From Acidobacteriota bacterium (GTDB lineage Bacteria > Acidobacteriota > Vicinamibacteria > Vicinamibacterales > CAVVIG01): a stretch of 54,893 nucleotides of DNA. The notes under the pieces are model-generated. The model did not search any database. It had not been told where the DNA came from and saw nothing but the letters and a program-made list of their open reading frames with translations. Where the stretch lies: assembly GCA_023265155.1 (NCBI GenBank), contig JAHFUL010000003.1:7915-62807 (forward strand), read 5' to 3'. Shown here piece by piece: positions 29,852 through 39,204 of this stretch. The translations under genes and the position numbers were made by a program. Each line of letters opens with the position of its first letter. Position 1 is the stretch's first letter.

Positions 29852-29932
29852 GGAAGGGACTATAGCAAATGGATGCGGCAGCCGCGTTGCGAGCGCGGAA
29901 ACGCGCGTGCTAGACTTCTTATTCGGTCCAAT

Positions 29933-30008
29933 GGGCGGCTAGCTCAGTTGGGAGAGCGCCGCGTTCGCAACGCGGAGGCCGCGAGTTCGAGCCTCGCGCC
30001 GTCCACCA
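29933..30008 (+). tRNA. tRNA-Ala (anticodon CGC)
   Basis: 76 nt; acceptor GGGCGGC/GCCGTCC with G3:U70; anticodon arm CCGCG-TTCGCAA-CGCGG; GTTCGA T-loop; encoded CCA. Confidence 0.96.
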
Positions 30009-30270
30009 CACGTTTTCCAACCGTCCGATTTCCGTTCTGCCACATTCTGCCCATCGATGCCGCGAAGCTGTCGAGCGCGCCGATTTTCCGCTGCCCGGTC
30101 GGGTGGGTGTAGCGCTCGAGCATCCGCGTCGACGAGTGCCCCGAGATGGCGATCACCGTGTAGTCGTCGAACCCGCCCGCGATCGTCTGGCTCAGGGCCG
30201 TGTGTCGCAGGGTGTGCAGCGTGACGTCGCCGGTCGTCATGCCGGCGCGCACCACGGCCCGCTTGAACCC
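29944..30270 (-). pseudogene. C-terminal remnant of a tyrosine integrase reading into the tRNA antisense strand
   Basis: TLHTLRHT, SGHSS..MLERYTH catalytic motifs; N-terminal part missing. Confidence 0.85.
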
Positions 30271-30379
30271 GTCGACCCCCTGTAGCGCTTGTCGGCATCG
30301 CCACGCGAAGTCTACGTTGCCCCGTAACGACGAGAAAAGCCTTTACAAGACCCACCGCCGGCCCCCACTATCGGGCGCG

Positions 30380-31942
30380 ATGGGTCGAATAATTTGGGCA
30401 GGACTGGCCGTCCTCCTCGTCGGAGCCTTCCTTCGTCCTCGGGCCGTCAGCACTGAGGTGTCCGCCGCAGGAACGTGCGCCGATCTCGCGGGGATCACGA
30501 TCCCGAGTGTCATCATCACTTCGGCACAGGATGTACCCGCCGGGCCGTTTACGCCGCCTGGCGGCAGTCGAGCCATGACTGTTCCGGCGTTCTGCCGTCT
30601 TGCTGCCGTCGCGACGCCGACGAGCGATTCGCGGATCGGCATCGAAGTGTGGATCCCGGCTGGGGAGGCCTGGAACGGGAAGCTGCTCGGGACGGCCAAC
30701 GGAGGGTTTTCCGGCGCCATCGCCTTCGCGGCCATGGCCGCCGGCCTCACGCGCGGCTACGCGACCGTTGGCACCGACACGGGCCACAGCGGCGACGAGT
30801 TGGAGTTCGGCCGGGGACACCCGGAGAAAATCGTCGACTGGGCGTACCGATCGGTCCATGTGATGACTGAGCTCGCCAAGCTCGTCGTGCGCGATTATCG
30901 TGGACGATTCCCGGATCGCTCGTATTTCGAAGGCTGCTCGACCGGCGGCCAACAGGCCCTCAGCGAAGCACAGCGCTTTCCGCGGGATTACGACGGCATC
31001 ATCGCGGGCGATCCTGGACACAATCGTACGCGCCTCATTCTGGGATTCCTGTGGTCATGGATCGCCGTCCATACGAGCGACGGACGCCCGGTCCTGCCGC
31101 CGGCCACGTTGTCGCTGCTCACGAAGGCGGCCATCGCGGCGTGCGACGCCAGCGACGGCTTGAAGGACGGTCTCGTTGACGACCCCCGCTCCTGCCGGTT
31201 CGATCCCTCCTCTCTGACCTGCCGCGGCGCTCAAAGCGAGTCGTGTTTGACCGAGGGGCAGGTCGTCGCCGTCAAGAAGGTCTACGACGGCGCCCGGAAT
31301 CCCCGGACGGGCGAGCAGATCTTCCCGGGATGGGCGCGAGGCAGCGAGCAGGGATGGGGCACCTACATCCTGAATCCGTCGGAGCCGATGCGCATCGGCT
31401 TCTTTCGATACTTCACGTTCCACGATCCGAAATGGGATTGGCGCACGTTCGATTGGGATCGGGACGTGGCGTTTGTCGACGAACAGGTTCCCTTTCTCAG
31501 CGCGACCTCGCGCGACCTGCGCGCCTTCAAGTCGAATCGCGGCAAACTGATCATGTACACCGGCTGGGCCGATCCGGTCGTGCCGCCGCAGGATACGGTG
31601 ACCTATTACGAGGATGTCGTGAAGGCGATGGGCGGGTCGAGGGAGACGCAGACATTCTTCAGGTTTTTCCCCGTGCCGGGCATGGGTCACTGCACGGGCG
31701 GTCCGGGGCCAAGTTCGTTCGACGCGCTGAGCGCATTGGAACGGTGGAGCGAGCACGACGTCGCGCCCGAACAGCTCATCGCTTCGCACTCGTCAAACGG
31801 CGCGGTGGATCGCACGCGGCCGCTCTGCGCGTACCCGAAGGTCGCACGCTATCGCGGCACCGGGAGTGTCGATGCGGCGGCGAGCTTTGCCTGCGTTGAG
31901 CCAACGCCGCGCGGTCGATCGGGCGGACCGGGCCGTCAGTAA
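30380..31942 (+). CDS. Secreted tannase/feruloyl esterase family hydrolase
   Basis: WNGK, TDTGH, GCSTGG, ACD..DGLKDG, GWADP, PGMGHC. Confidence 0.93.
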   Translation: MGRIIWAGLAVLLVGAFLRPRAVSTEVSAAGTCADLAGITIPSVIITSAQDVPAGPFTPPGGSRAMTVPAFCRLAAVATPTSDSRIGIEVWIPAGEAWNGKLLGTANGGFSGAIAFAAMAAGLTRGYATVGTDTGHSGDELEFGRGHPEKIVDWAYRSVHVMTELAKLVVRDYRGRFPDRSYFEGCSTGGQQALSEAQRFPRDYDGIIAGDPGHNRTRLILGFLWSWIAVHTSDGRPVLPPATLSLLTKAAIAACDASDGLKDGLVDDPRSCRFDPSSLTCRGAQSESCLTEGQVVAVKKVYDGARNPRTGEQIFPGWARGSEQGWGTYILNPSEPMRIGFFRYFTFHDPKWDWRTFDWDRDVAFVDEQVPFLSATSRDLRAFKSNRGKLIMYTGWADPVVPPQDTVTYYEDVVKAMGGSRETQTFFRFFPVPGMGHCTGGPGPSSFDALSALERWSEHDVAPEQLIASHSSNGAVDRTRPLCAYPKVARYRGTGSVDAAASFACVEPTPRGRSGGPGRQ

Positions 31943-31951
31943 ACCGACGGC

Positions 31952-33247
31952 ATGCTCGCGCTGCTTGGCCTCGCCACGGTGCTCCTCGTGCTCGCGCTCA
32001 TCATGAGCCGGCTGATGTCCCCGCTGGTCGCCCTGATTGCCGTCCCGACGACGGCGGCCCTGGTTGGCGGGTTCGGCCTGGATACCGCCCCATTCATCCT
32101 GAGTGGCGTGCAGCAGACGGCCTCAGTGGCCGCGATGTTCGTCTTCGCGATTCTCTACTTCGGCATCATGACTGACGCCGGCATGCTCGATCCAATCGTC
32201 GAGCGGATTCTGCTCGCAGTCGGCATCCGGCCGACCCGCATTGTGGTCGGCTCAGCGCTGCTCGCGTTGCTCGTGCACCTCGATGGCTCGGGCGCGGTGA
32301 CGTTTCTCGTGACGGTGCCCGCCATGTTGCCGCTGTTCGAGCGGCTGCGCATGGACAAGCGGATTCTCGCCTGCGTGGTGTCGATGGCCGCCGGTGTGAA
32401 CTTCCTGCCGTGGACCGGGCCGATGCTTCGCGCATCCGCGGCGCTGCATATCTCGACCACCGATCTCTTCAGGCCGCTGATTCCCGTGCAGATCGTTGGC
32501 TTGACGTTTGTGTTCATCGTCGCCTATCTGCTCGGCAGGCGAGAGGAGCGGCGGCTGGGATCGTCCGCGGCCGACGCCGCTCCCGTGGCTCGGCGACAAC
32601 TGACCGTTGAAGAGCAGGCAAACCGACGGCCGGGTCGATTTTGGATCAACGTGCTGCTGACGCTCTTCCTCATGGCCGTCATGGTCAGCGGCCTTGTCGA
32701 CCCCGCCATCATGTTCATGACCGGCACGGCTGCGGCTCTCATGATCAACTATCCCGCGTCCGACCTGCAGCGCGCGCGGGTCGACGCCCACGCGAGGGCG
32801 GCCGTGATGATGGCGGCGATTCTGCTCGCGGCCGGCGCGTTCACCGGCATCATGAAGGGATCGGGCATGCTGGCCGCGATGGCCGCGTCGGCCGTGCACG
32901 CCGTCCCGCCGGCCATGGCGCCTCATCTTCCCTTCGCCCTCGGCCTGGCGTCGATGCCCCTGAGTCTGTTGTTCGATCCCGACTCCTTCTATCTCGGGGC
33001 CCTGCCGGTCATCGCCGAGGTCGGCAAGACCCTCGGGATTGCGCCAATTCAGATTGGCCAGGCGGCCCTGCTCGGCCAGATGACAACCGGATTTCCCGTG
33101 AGCCCGCTGACTCCCGCGACGTTTCTCGTCGTCGGCCTGACGGGCATCGATCTCGGCGAGCATCAGCGCTACACTGCGCCTCTGCTCTTCCTGGCCTCGA
33201 TCGTCATGACCATCGCCTGTGTGCTGCTCGGAGTGTTTGCGCTGTGA
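31952..33247 (+). CDS. CitMHS family citrate/dicarboxylate:H+ symporter
   Basis: FAILYFGIM.DAG..DP, LDGSGAVTF, PWTGP, multi-TM. Confidence 0.9.
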   Translation: MLALLGLATVLLVLALIMSRLMSPLVALIAVPTTAALVGGFGLDTAPFILSGVQQTASVAAMFVFAILYFGIMTDAGMLDPIVERILLAVGIRPTRIVVGSALLALLVHLDGSGAVTFLVTVPAMLPLFERLRMDKRILACVVSMAAGVNFLPWTGPMLRASAALHISTTDLFRPLIPVQIVGLTFVFIVAYLLGRREERRLGSSAADAAPVARRQLTVEEQANRRPGRFWINVLLTLFLMAVMVSGLVDPAIMFMTGTAAALMINYPASDLQRARVDAHARAAVMMAAILLAAGAFTGIMKGSGMLAAMAASAVHAVPPAMAPHLPFALGLASMPLSLLFDPDSFYLGALPVIAEVGKTLGIAPIQIGQAALLGQMTTGFPVSPLTPATFLVVGLTGIDLGEHQRYTAPLLFLASIVMTIACVLLGVFAL

Positions 33248-34584
33248 AGACGATTCGGATCGGCTGCGGCGCGGGCTTTTCGGGCGACCGGATCGAGCCG
33301 GCGGTGGAGCTGGCGACGAAAGGCCATCTGGATTATCTGGTCTTCGAATGTCTCGCTGAACGCACGATCGCGCTGGCGCAGCAAGCCAAAGCGCGCGATC
33401 CCCGCAACGGCTACGACCCCTTGCTCGTCGAGCGGATCGAATCGGTGCTCCCGGCATGCGTCGAGCGCGACGTGACGATCATCACGAACATGGGTGCGGC
33501 CAATCCAGTGGCCGCCGCGGATGTGGTCAAGGAACTGGCCCGGAGGCTCGGTTGTCGCGGCCTGTCGATCGCCACAGTCACGGGCGACGACGTGCTCGAC
33601 CTCGTCGCGGGTGGTGACTTCGCCATCGCCGAGACGGGCGCGCCGGTCGCGACACTGCGGGATCGGCTGGTGTCGGCAAACGCGTACATCGGCGCCGAGC
33701 CTATCGCGCACGCAGTTGCCGGCGGGGCAGATGTCGTGATCACCGGTCGTGCCGCAGATCCTTCGCTGTTCGTGGGTCCGTTGGCCCACGAGCTCGGCTG
33801 GTCGATGGACGACTGGCCACAGCTTGGACGCGGCACGCTCGTCGGCCACCTGCTGGAATGTGCCGGGCAGATCACCGGTGGGTACTTCGCCGATCCGGGC
33901 TACAAGGACGTCGACAACCTGAGCCGCCTCGGCTTTCCGATCGCCGAAGTGCCCGAGCAAGGGCCAGCCGTGATCACCAAGGTAGCCGGGTCCGGCGGGC
34001 GGGTGACACCGGCGACCTGCAAAGAGCAACTGCTCTACGAGATCCACGATCCTGCCGCGTACATGACGCCCGACGCCATCGCCGATTTCAGCCAGGTCCG
34101 GATCACGGAGATCGATTGTGATCGCGTGGCGGTTGATGGGGCGACCGGCCGGCCGAGGCCCGGCCTGTTGAAAGTCTCGCTCGGCTACCGTGACGGCTAC
34201 ATCGGCGAAGGGCAGATCTCCTATGCGGGTTCTGGTGCGCTCGGACGTGCACGGTTGGCGGCGTGCGTCGTGCAGCAGCGGCTGAGCGATCTTGGAGTTC
34301 GGCCGGACGACGTACGATACGATCTCATTGGCGTGGACGCCCTGCACGGCGAGCGACTATCTGGCGCTAATCGCGAGCCCTACGAGGTGCGTGTCCGCGT
34401 TGCTGCGCGCACGCAGTCGATAGACGCTGCGCGACGAATCGGCAACGAGGTGGAAGCGCTGTACACGAACGGCCCGGCCGGCGGCGGTGGCGCGGCCAAG
34501 TCGACGCGTGAGGTGCTGTCCGTGGCGTCGACGTTCGTGCCGCGGGCACTCGTTTCCTGTACCGTCAGTTGTGAAGTCATCTGA
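33244..34584 (+). CDS. AtuA-like (DUF1446) protein
   Basis: IRIGCGAGFSGDR, FECLAERT, GRAADPS, GHLLECAGQITGG, EQLLYEI.DP..Y.TPD; GTGA overlap. Confidence 0.9.
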   Translation: MKTIRIGCGAGFSGDRIEPAVELATKGHLDYLVFECLAERTIALAQQAKARDPRNGYDPLLVERIESVLPACVERDVTIITNMGAANPVAAADVVKELARRLGCRGLSIATVTGDDVLDLVAGGDFAIAETGAPVATLRDRLVSANAYIGAEPIAHAVAGGADVVITGRAADPSLFVGPLAHELGWSMDDWPQLGRGTLVGHLLECAGQITGGYFADPGYKDVDNLSRLGFPIAEVPEQGPAVITKVAGSGGRVTPATCKEQLLYEIHDPAAYMTPDAIADFSQVRITEIDCDRVAVDGATGRPRPGLLKVSLGYRDGYIGEGQISYAGSGALGRARLAACVVQQRLSDLGVRPDDVRYDLIGVDALHGERLSGANREPYEVRVRVAARTQSIDAARRIGNEVEALYTNGPAGGGGAAKSTREVLSVASTFVPRALVSCTVSCEVI

Positions 34585-34585
34585 G

Positions 34586-34900
34586 ATGAAGCTGCGTGGC
34601 ATCGGGCATTCGCGGAGCGGCGACAAGGGGACAATCGCCAACATCTCTCTTATCGCGTTCGACGAGCGCGACTATCCACGGCTCGCCCGCCACGTGACGG
34701 CCGCGCGTGTGAAAGCGCAGTTCGCAGACCTCGTCGGCGGAGACGTGATTCGATACGAGCTGCCGGCGATCGGCGCGTTGAATTTCGTGCTGCACGGCAT
34801 GCTGGGCGGCGGCGTGACGCGCACGCTGGCTCTCGACGCCCACGGCAAATCGCTGAGCTCGGCGTTACTCGAGATGGAGATCCCTGATGACGATTGCTGA
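34586..34900 (+). CDS. AtuA-related small protein (stand-alone C-terminal domain)
   Basis: HSRSGDKG..ANI, RYELP.I.ALNFV, LGGG....L.LD.HGK. Confidence 0.88.
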   Translation: MKLRGIGHSRSGDKGTIANISLIAFDERDYPRLARHVTAARVKAQFADLVGGDVIRYELPAIGALNFVLHGMLGGGVTRTLALDAHGKSLSSALLEMEIPDDDC

Positions 34901-36989
34901 TCCGCGCTCGTTCATGCCTGTGTTGGCCGTGGCGCTCGCGTTCTTCCTCGCCTCCGCTGCCGAGGCTCAAGTGGTGCGTGTCGAGATTGTGTCGCGGGAG
35001 GCGGCCAGCGGCGGCCAGCCGGTGGGCAAGGCGGGACCGTACGAGATCCTTCGCGGCCGAATTCACGGTGAAGTCGACCCGAGTGACCCGCACAACCGGA
35101 TCATTCAAGATCTCCAGCTTGCGCCGCGCAATGTGCGCGGCAAGGTCGAATACGTGGCGACCTTCGCACTTGCCAAGCCGGTCGATCCGACCCGGTCCTC
35201 CGGCGTCCTGGTGTATCAGGTCGTCAATCGCGGCAATGGCGGCGTCACGACAAGTCCCGACGGCGACATCTCGCTCGTCAGCGGCTGGCAAGGCGACGTC
35301 ACTCCAACCGCGGCCAACCAGACCATCGTCGTGCCGGTGGCGACGAACGGTGGCGGATCGGCAATCAGCGGTCCGGTGATCGCGCGGTTCTACAATGTGG
35401 CTGCAGGAACGAACACGGCTTCGATTCGTCTCAGCTCGATGGGTGCCGGCCCGCCCGTGTATCCGCCGGCGACGCTCGATCAGACGGACGCGACGCTGAC
35501 CATGCACGCGTCGGAGAGTTCAACAGGGGTGAAGGGCGGGTCCGTGACCGTGCCAAGGCAAGTGTGGGCGTTCGCCGATTGCCGTACCGCGGCGTTCCCC
35601 GGCACGCCGGACCCCGCGCGCCTCTGTCTCAAGGATGGGTTCGATCCGACCAAGCTCTACGAACTGGTTTACACCGCAAAAGATCCGCTGGTGCTCGGGA
35701 TCGGTCTTGCCGCGACCCGGGACATCGTCTCGTTCTTTCGATACGCCGCCAAGGATGGCGTGGGCTCGCCCAATCCCGTGGCCGGCTCGGTCAAGTACGC
35801 GATCAGCATCGGCGATTCGCAGTCCGGCAATCTCATCAAGACGTTCATTCATCTTGGATTCAACCAGGATCTCTCGCGCCGCATGGTCTGGGACGGCGTG
35901 TTTCCGCGGATTGCCGCGCGCCAGACGCCAATCAATTTCCGATTCGCGCTGCCAGGTGGCGCCGGCACGCTCTATGAGCCCGGCAGCGAGCCCGTCGTCT
36001 GGTGGGGCCGGTACGAGGACAAGGTGCGGGGCCGGCCGGCGGCGAGTCTGCTCGATCGCTGCACTGCGACCAGGACATGTCCGAAGATCATCGAGGCGTT
36101 TGGATCGACCGAGCTCTGGGGCCTGCGCATGTCGCCCGGCCTGATCGGTACCGATGCCAGGCAGGATATTCCGCTGCCGGCCACTGTTCGGCGCTACTAC
36201 TATCCCGGGACCACGCACGGCGGCGGCCGCGGCGGCTTTCGCATCGACGCCGGGCCTGGGGGCCAGGGCGGCTGCGCGCTGCCGGCCAATCCCAATCCCG
36301 AAGCCGACACGACGCGCGCGCTGACGAAGGCCTTGATCGAGTGGGTCACGAAGGGCACGCTGCCGCCAGCGAGTCGCTATCCGAGGCTCGACAAGGGCGA
36401 CCTGGTGCCGGCGACCAAGTCCGCGATGGGGTTTCCGGACATCCCAGGCCTGGTTTTCAAGGACTCGCCAGTCAATCCCGTGCTCGACTACGACTTCGGC
36501 CCGCGGTTCATCGCCAACGATATGTCGGGCGTGATCGCGCTGCAGCCGCCGCGAATCACGCGAGTCATTCCGACGTATGTCCCGAAGGTGAATGCCGACG
36601 GCAACGAAACCTCCGGCGTACTGTCAGTCCTGCACCAGGCGCCGCTCGGCACGTACCTTGGCTGGAATCTCACGGCCTCAGGGTTTTTCGCCGGCCAAGG
36701 CTGCGGATTCTCCGGAGGGTACGTGCCGTTCGCGAAAACGCAGGCCGACCGGATCAAGACCCGGGACCCGCGTCCATCGGTCGAGGAGCGGTACGGCACG
36801 CTCGAAGGCTACGCCTGCCTCGTCCAGCGCGCGGCCACGCAGGCGGTGACGGATCGGTTTCTCCTGCAGGACGACGCGGATCGGCTGGTTGCGCAGGCCA
36901 AAGGGAGCGGCGTGCTGCCGAAGGATGCGGACAGCACACCGCAGAACCGCGACATCGCGCGCAACCTGTGCGGCCGTGGATCGAAGTGA
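34887..36989 (+). CDS. Secreted alpha/beta-hydrolase-domain protein
   Basis: Signal peptide; G.YE...G...GE.DP....N..I.D, NRG, LGIGLAATRD, GDSQSG, D.DGNE..G, DPRPS.EERY. Confidence 0.85.
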   Translation: MTIADPRSFMPVLAVALAFFLASAAEAQVVRVEIVSREAASGGQPVGKAGPYEILRGRIHGEVDPSDPHNRIIQDLQLAPRNVRGKVEYVATFALAKPVDPTRSSGVLVYQVVNRGNGGVTTSPDGDISLVSGWQGDVTPTAANQTIVVPVATNGGGSAISGPVIARFYNVAAGTNTASIRLSSMGAGPPVYPPATLDQTDATLTMHASESSTGVKGGSVTVPRQVWAFADCRTAAFPGTPDPARLCLKDGFDPTKLYELVYTAKDPLVLGIGLAATRDIVSFFRYAAKDGVGSPNPVAGSVKYAISIGDSQSGNLIKTFIHLGFNQDLSRRMVWDGVFPRIAARQTPINFRFALPGGAGTLYEPGSEPVVWWGRYEDKVRGRPAASLLDRCTATRTCPKIIEAFGSTELWGLRMSPGLIGTDARQDIPLPATVRRYYYPGTTHGGGRGGFRIDAGPGGQGGCALPANPNPEADTTRALTKALIEWVTKGTLPPASRYPRLDKGDLVPATKSAMGFPDIPGLVFKDSPVNPVLDYDFGPRFIANDMSGVIALQPPRITRVIPTYVPKVNADGNETSGVLSVLHQAPLGTYLGWNLTASGFFAGQGCGFSGGYVPFAKTQADRIKTRDPRPSVEERYGTLEGYACLVQRAATQAVTDRFLLQDDADRLVAQAKGSGVLPKDADSTPQNRDIARNLCGRGSK

Positions 36990-37014
36990 CGGTGGATGAT
37001 CGCGCGGCCCTTTC

Positions 37015-37058
37015 ACCCCTCGACGATCTCGGCGTGCCCTGAGCTTGTCGAAGGGCAG
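37015..37058 (-). repeat. CCCTTCGACAAGCTCAGGG-family palindromic repeat
   Basis: Reverse-complement copy of the element nested at 10721-10805. Confidence 0.75.
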
Positions 37059-37125
37059 GGCCGCGTCCGCGGAGCCGAGAGCCCCGCGCTACGAGGATTC
37101 TGAAGACCGCTCTGATGACGCTCGG

Positions 37126-37701
37126 TCACGGGCCGAACGGCAGCAGACGCCTGACGTAGTCGCCGAGGAACACGTAGATCGCGCAGATGCTGCCCTCCCC
37201 GATCAGAATGCCCAATAGAAACTTCTTGAAATCGACGCGCAGCGCGCCACACACATAGCAGATCAGGTCGGTCGGAGTCAGCGGAAAAAACGCCCAGCCG
37301 ATGATAATCGCCATCTCGTTGCGCTGAAGAACGGTCTTCATCTGCGCGACGCGGTTCTTGTGCTTACGCTCGAACACCTCATCCAGGTGCAGGGACTCCG
37401 AGAACCAATAAATGCTCGCCGACGAGACGAGTATCCCGACGAGGGTCAGCACGAGCAACGGCACGGGCTGAAAGAGCGGGAGCGCCGCGACAATCAGGAA
37501 CGCCGCCGGAATGAGGGTGAACGCCCGGATGGATCCCAGGAACAGATAGATGGCCGCGGCGGCGAGCGCGGTGGCCGACAGCGCGTCGTGCAGCTCGTTC
37601 TGCACAAGGTCCCTGCGGAAGAAATAGAAATAGAGCGCTCCCGTCACGACCACGAGCCAGATCCCGATGAACAGAGGCCGGAGCGCGCGAACACTGACCA
37701 T
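37126..37701 (-). CDS. TVP38/TMEM64 (VTT/DedA superfamily) membrane protein
   Basis: Hydrophobic; IRAFTLIP, FFPLTPTDLICYVCG, F.KF..G...G. Confidence 0.85.
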   Translation of the reverse strand: MVSVRALRPLFIGIWLVVVTGALYFYFFRRDLVQNELHDALSATALAAAAIYLFLGSIRAFTLIPAAFLIVAALPLFQPVPLLVLTLVGILVSSASIYWFSESLHLDEVFERKHKNRVAQMKTVLQRNEMAIIIGWAFFPLTPTDLICYVCGALRVDFKKFLLGILIGEGSICAIYVFLGDYVRRLLPFGP

Positions 37702-37713
37702 GTGCGAAACCGC

Positions 37714-38352
37714 CTACGACTCTCGAGCGCGGCTCCTGCGGCGGGTCCGCCAGATTCCGAGAAGCGTCAGCAGTTCGAGGGCGATAGCCGCCACCAGGAG
37801 CCACGAGTTCGGCATCTGGACCTCGCGTCCGCCGATCGCGAGAAGGTAGAAACGCGGCCACCGCCCCACGAGCACGGCGACGATGAACCGCACGAGTGGA
37901 TAACCGCCCGCGATGGCCAGAATCTTCACGGGATAGAAAGGCACGGGCGCGAGCGCCGAGCCGACGATCAACAGGAACGGCGCTTTCTCGAAGACCCGGT
38001 GCGCGATTTGATAGACGCGCGATCCGTCCAGGCGGGACCGGATCAGCCCGTGGCTCACGAACCACCCGATCAGCCAGAAATCGAGCAGCGCCGCCACCGC
38101 ACACGCGGCCGCACCGACGCTGGCGACGAGTGACGGCGGATACAGTTTGGCCACGTACAACAGCGCGGGCTCGTTCGGTAGAAAGGAAATCAGCAGATGC
38201 GCCGGAATCGCGTACAGCCCGTAGCCCGCGAGCGGCCGGTACTCGGGCGCCGCCTGAAAGGCGCCCGCGGCGACCGTCGCCACGATCGCCATCGTCACGT
38301 AGGCGGCCCGTTCCAGCCACGCGGGTGCCTCGATTTGGGGAAGATCGCTCAC
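37714..38352 (-). CDS. VTT/DedA-domain membrane protein (YqaA-like)
   Basis: LP.EP, ALAPVPFYPVKILA...YP..RF...V..GR..RF. Confidence 0.8.
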   Translation of the reverse strand: MSDLPQIEAPAWLERAAYVTMAIVATVAAGAFQAAPEYRPLAGYGLYAIPAHLLISFLPNEPALLYVAKLYPPSLVASVGAAACAVAALLDFWLIGWFVSHGLIRSRLDGSRVYQIAHRVFEKAPFLLIVGSALAPVPFYPVKILAIAGGYPLVRFIVAVLVGRWPRFYLLAIGGREVQMPNSWLLVAAIALELLTLLGIWRTRRRSRARES

Positions 38353-38367
38353 GCGTTCCTTTTCTCG

Positions 38368-39204
38368 CTACCCTAACAGGCCCCGGCCGGATGGCTTGGC
38401 ATAGGCAAGTACGAAGTGGGCAATCAGGAACAGCCAGATCCCCGCATACAACACTGCAAATTTCTTGCGCCGTTCCAGCATCTCCGGACGGAGGATCGGC
38501 TTTCCAGCAAACTTCCCGCGCGGCTTCGATGGGAACAGGAATGTCTTGTACGTTTCGAGCGTCGCGATGGTGTAGCCAAGCGCCGCGCAAATGATGAGCA
38601 GGAAGCTGGTGGTGAACGGGGCAAGCAGCACGCCGTAGAGCCCGGCCGCGACCGGGCTGCGGAGGAACTTCAACGTTTCAAACCCCTCGATCGGCGCGTC
38701 CTTCCACGCCCCGAGAAACGCGGAAATCCACCCGCTGATGCTGGCGACGAGGAACACGGTCAGGATCGACACGCCGTCCTGGGGCGTCACCCGACGGGAG
38801 ATCCAATGGACGCCGAGAAACACGAGCACGATGAGGATCGCGAGCGGAAAGCCGATGAGCAGACGCTCGGACTTCCCATGGATGACGCGGCCGAAGACCG
38901 CGAACTGCATCGGGATGAAGTACTTGCTCTGGTCTTCATCACGAAGGAACGTCTTCCAGAACTCGATCGCGCCCCGTTCGAGCACGTACACCAGCCCAAA
39001 GAAGAGCAGAATCGGACCCGGGCGGCTCAGGTCGGGCCTGGCAACAAGATAGCAAATGAGAGCCATGACCAGGCCGAGCATCGGGCTGCGAAAGTAGCGG
39101 AACCAGGTGAATCCTTCGTGGGGGGCGTCCTTGTACATGCCCCAGGTGGCGGTATGAAGACCCGCAAGAAAGCCCAGAGCGAGAGCGATTGGAAGATGCG
39201 TCAT
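38368..39204 (-). CDS. Hypothetical polytopic membrane protein with internal duplication
   Basis: WGMYKDAPHEGF...YFRSP / GAWKDAPIEGF...FLRSP; ATGA overlap with upstream gene. Confidence 0.85.
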   Translation of the reverse strand: MTHLPIALALGFLAGLHTATWGMYKDAPHEGFTWFRYFRSPMLGLVMALICYLVARPDLSRPGPILLFFGLVYVLERGAIEFWKTFLRDEDQSKYFIPMQFAVFGRVIHGKSERLLIGFPLAILIVLVFLGVHWISRRVTPQDGVSILTVFLVASISGWISAFLGAWKDAPIEGFETLKFLRSPVAAGLYGVLLAPFTTSFLLIICAALGYTIATLETYKTFLFPSKPRGKFAGKPILRPEMLERRKKFAVLYAGIWLFLIAHFVLAYAKPSGRGLLG

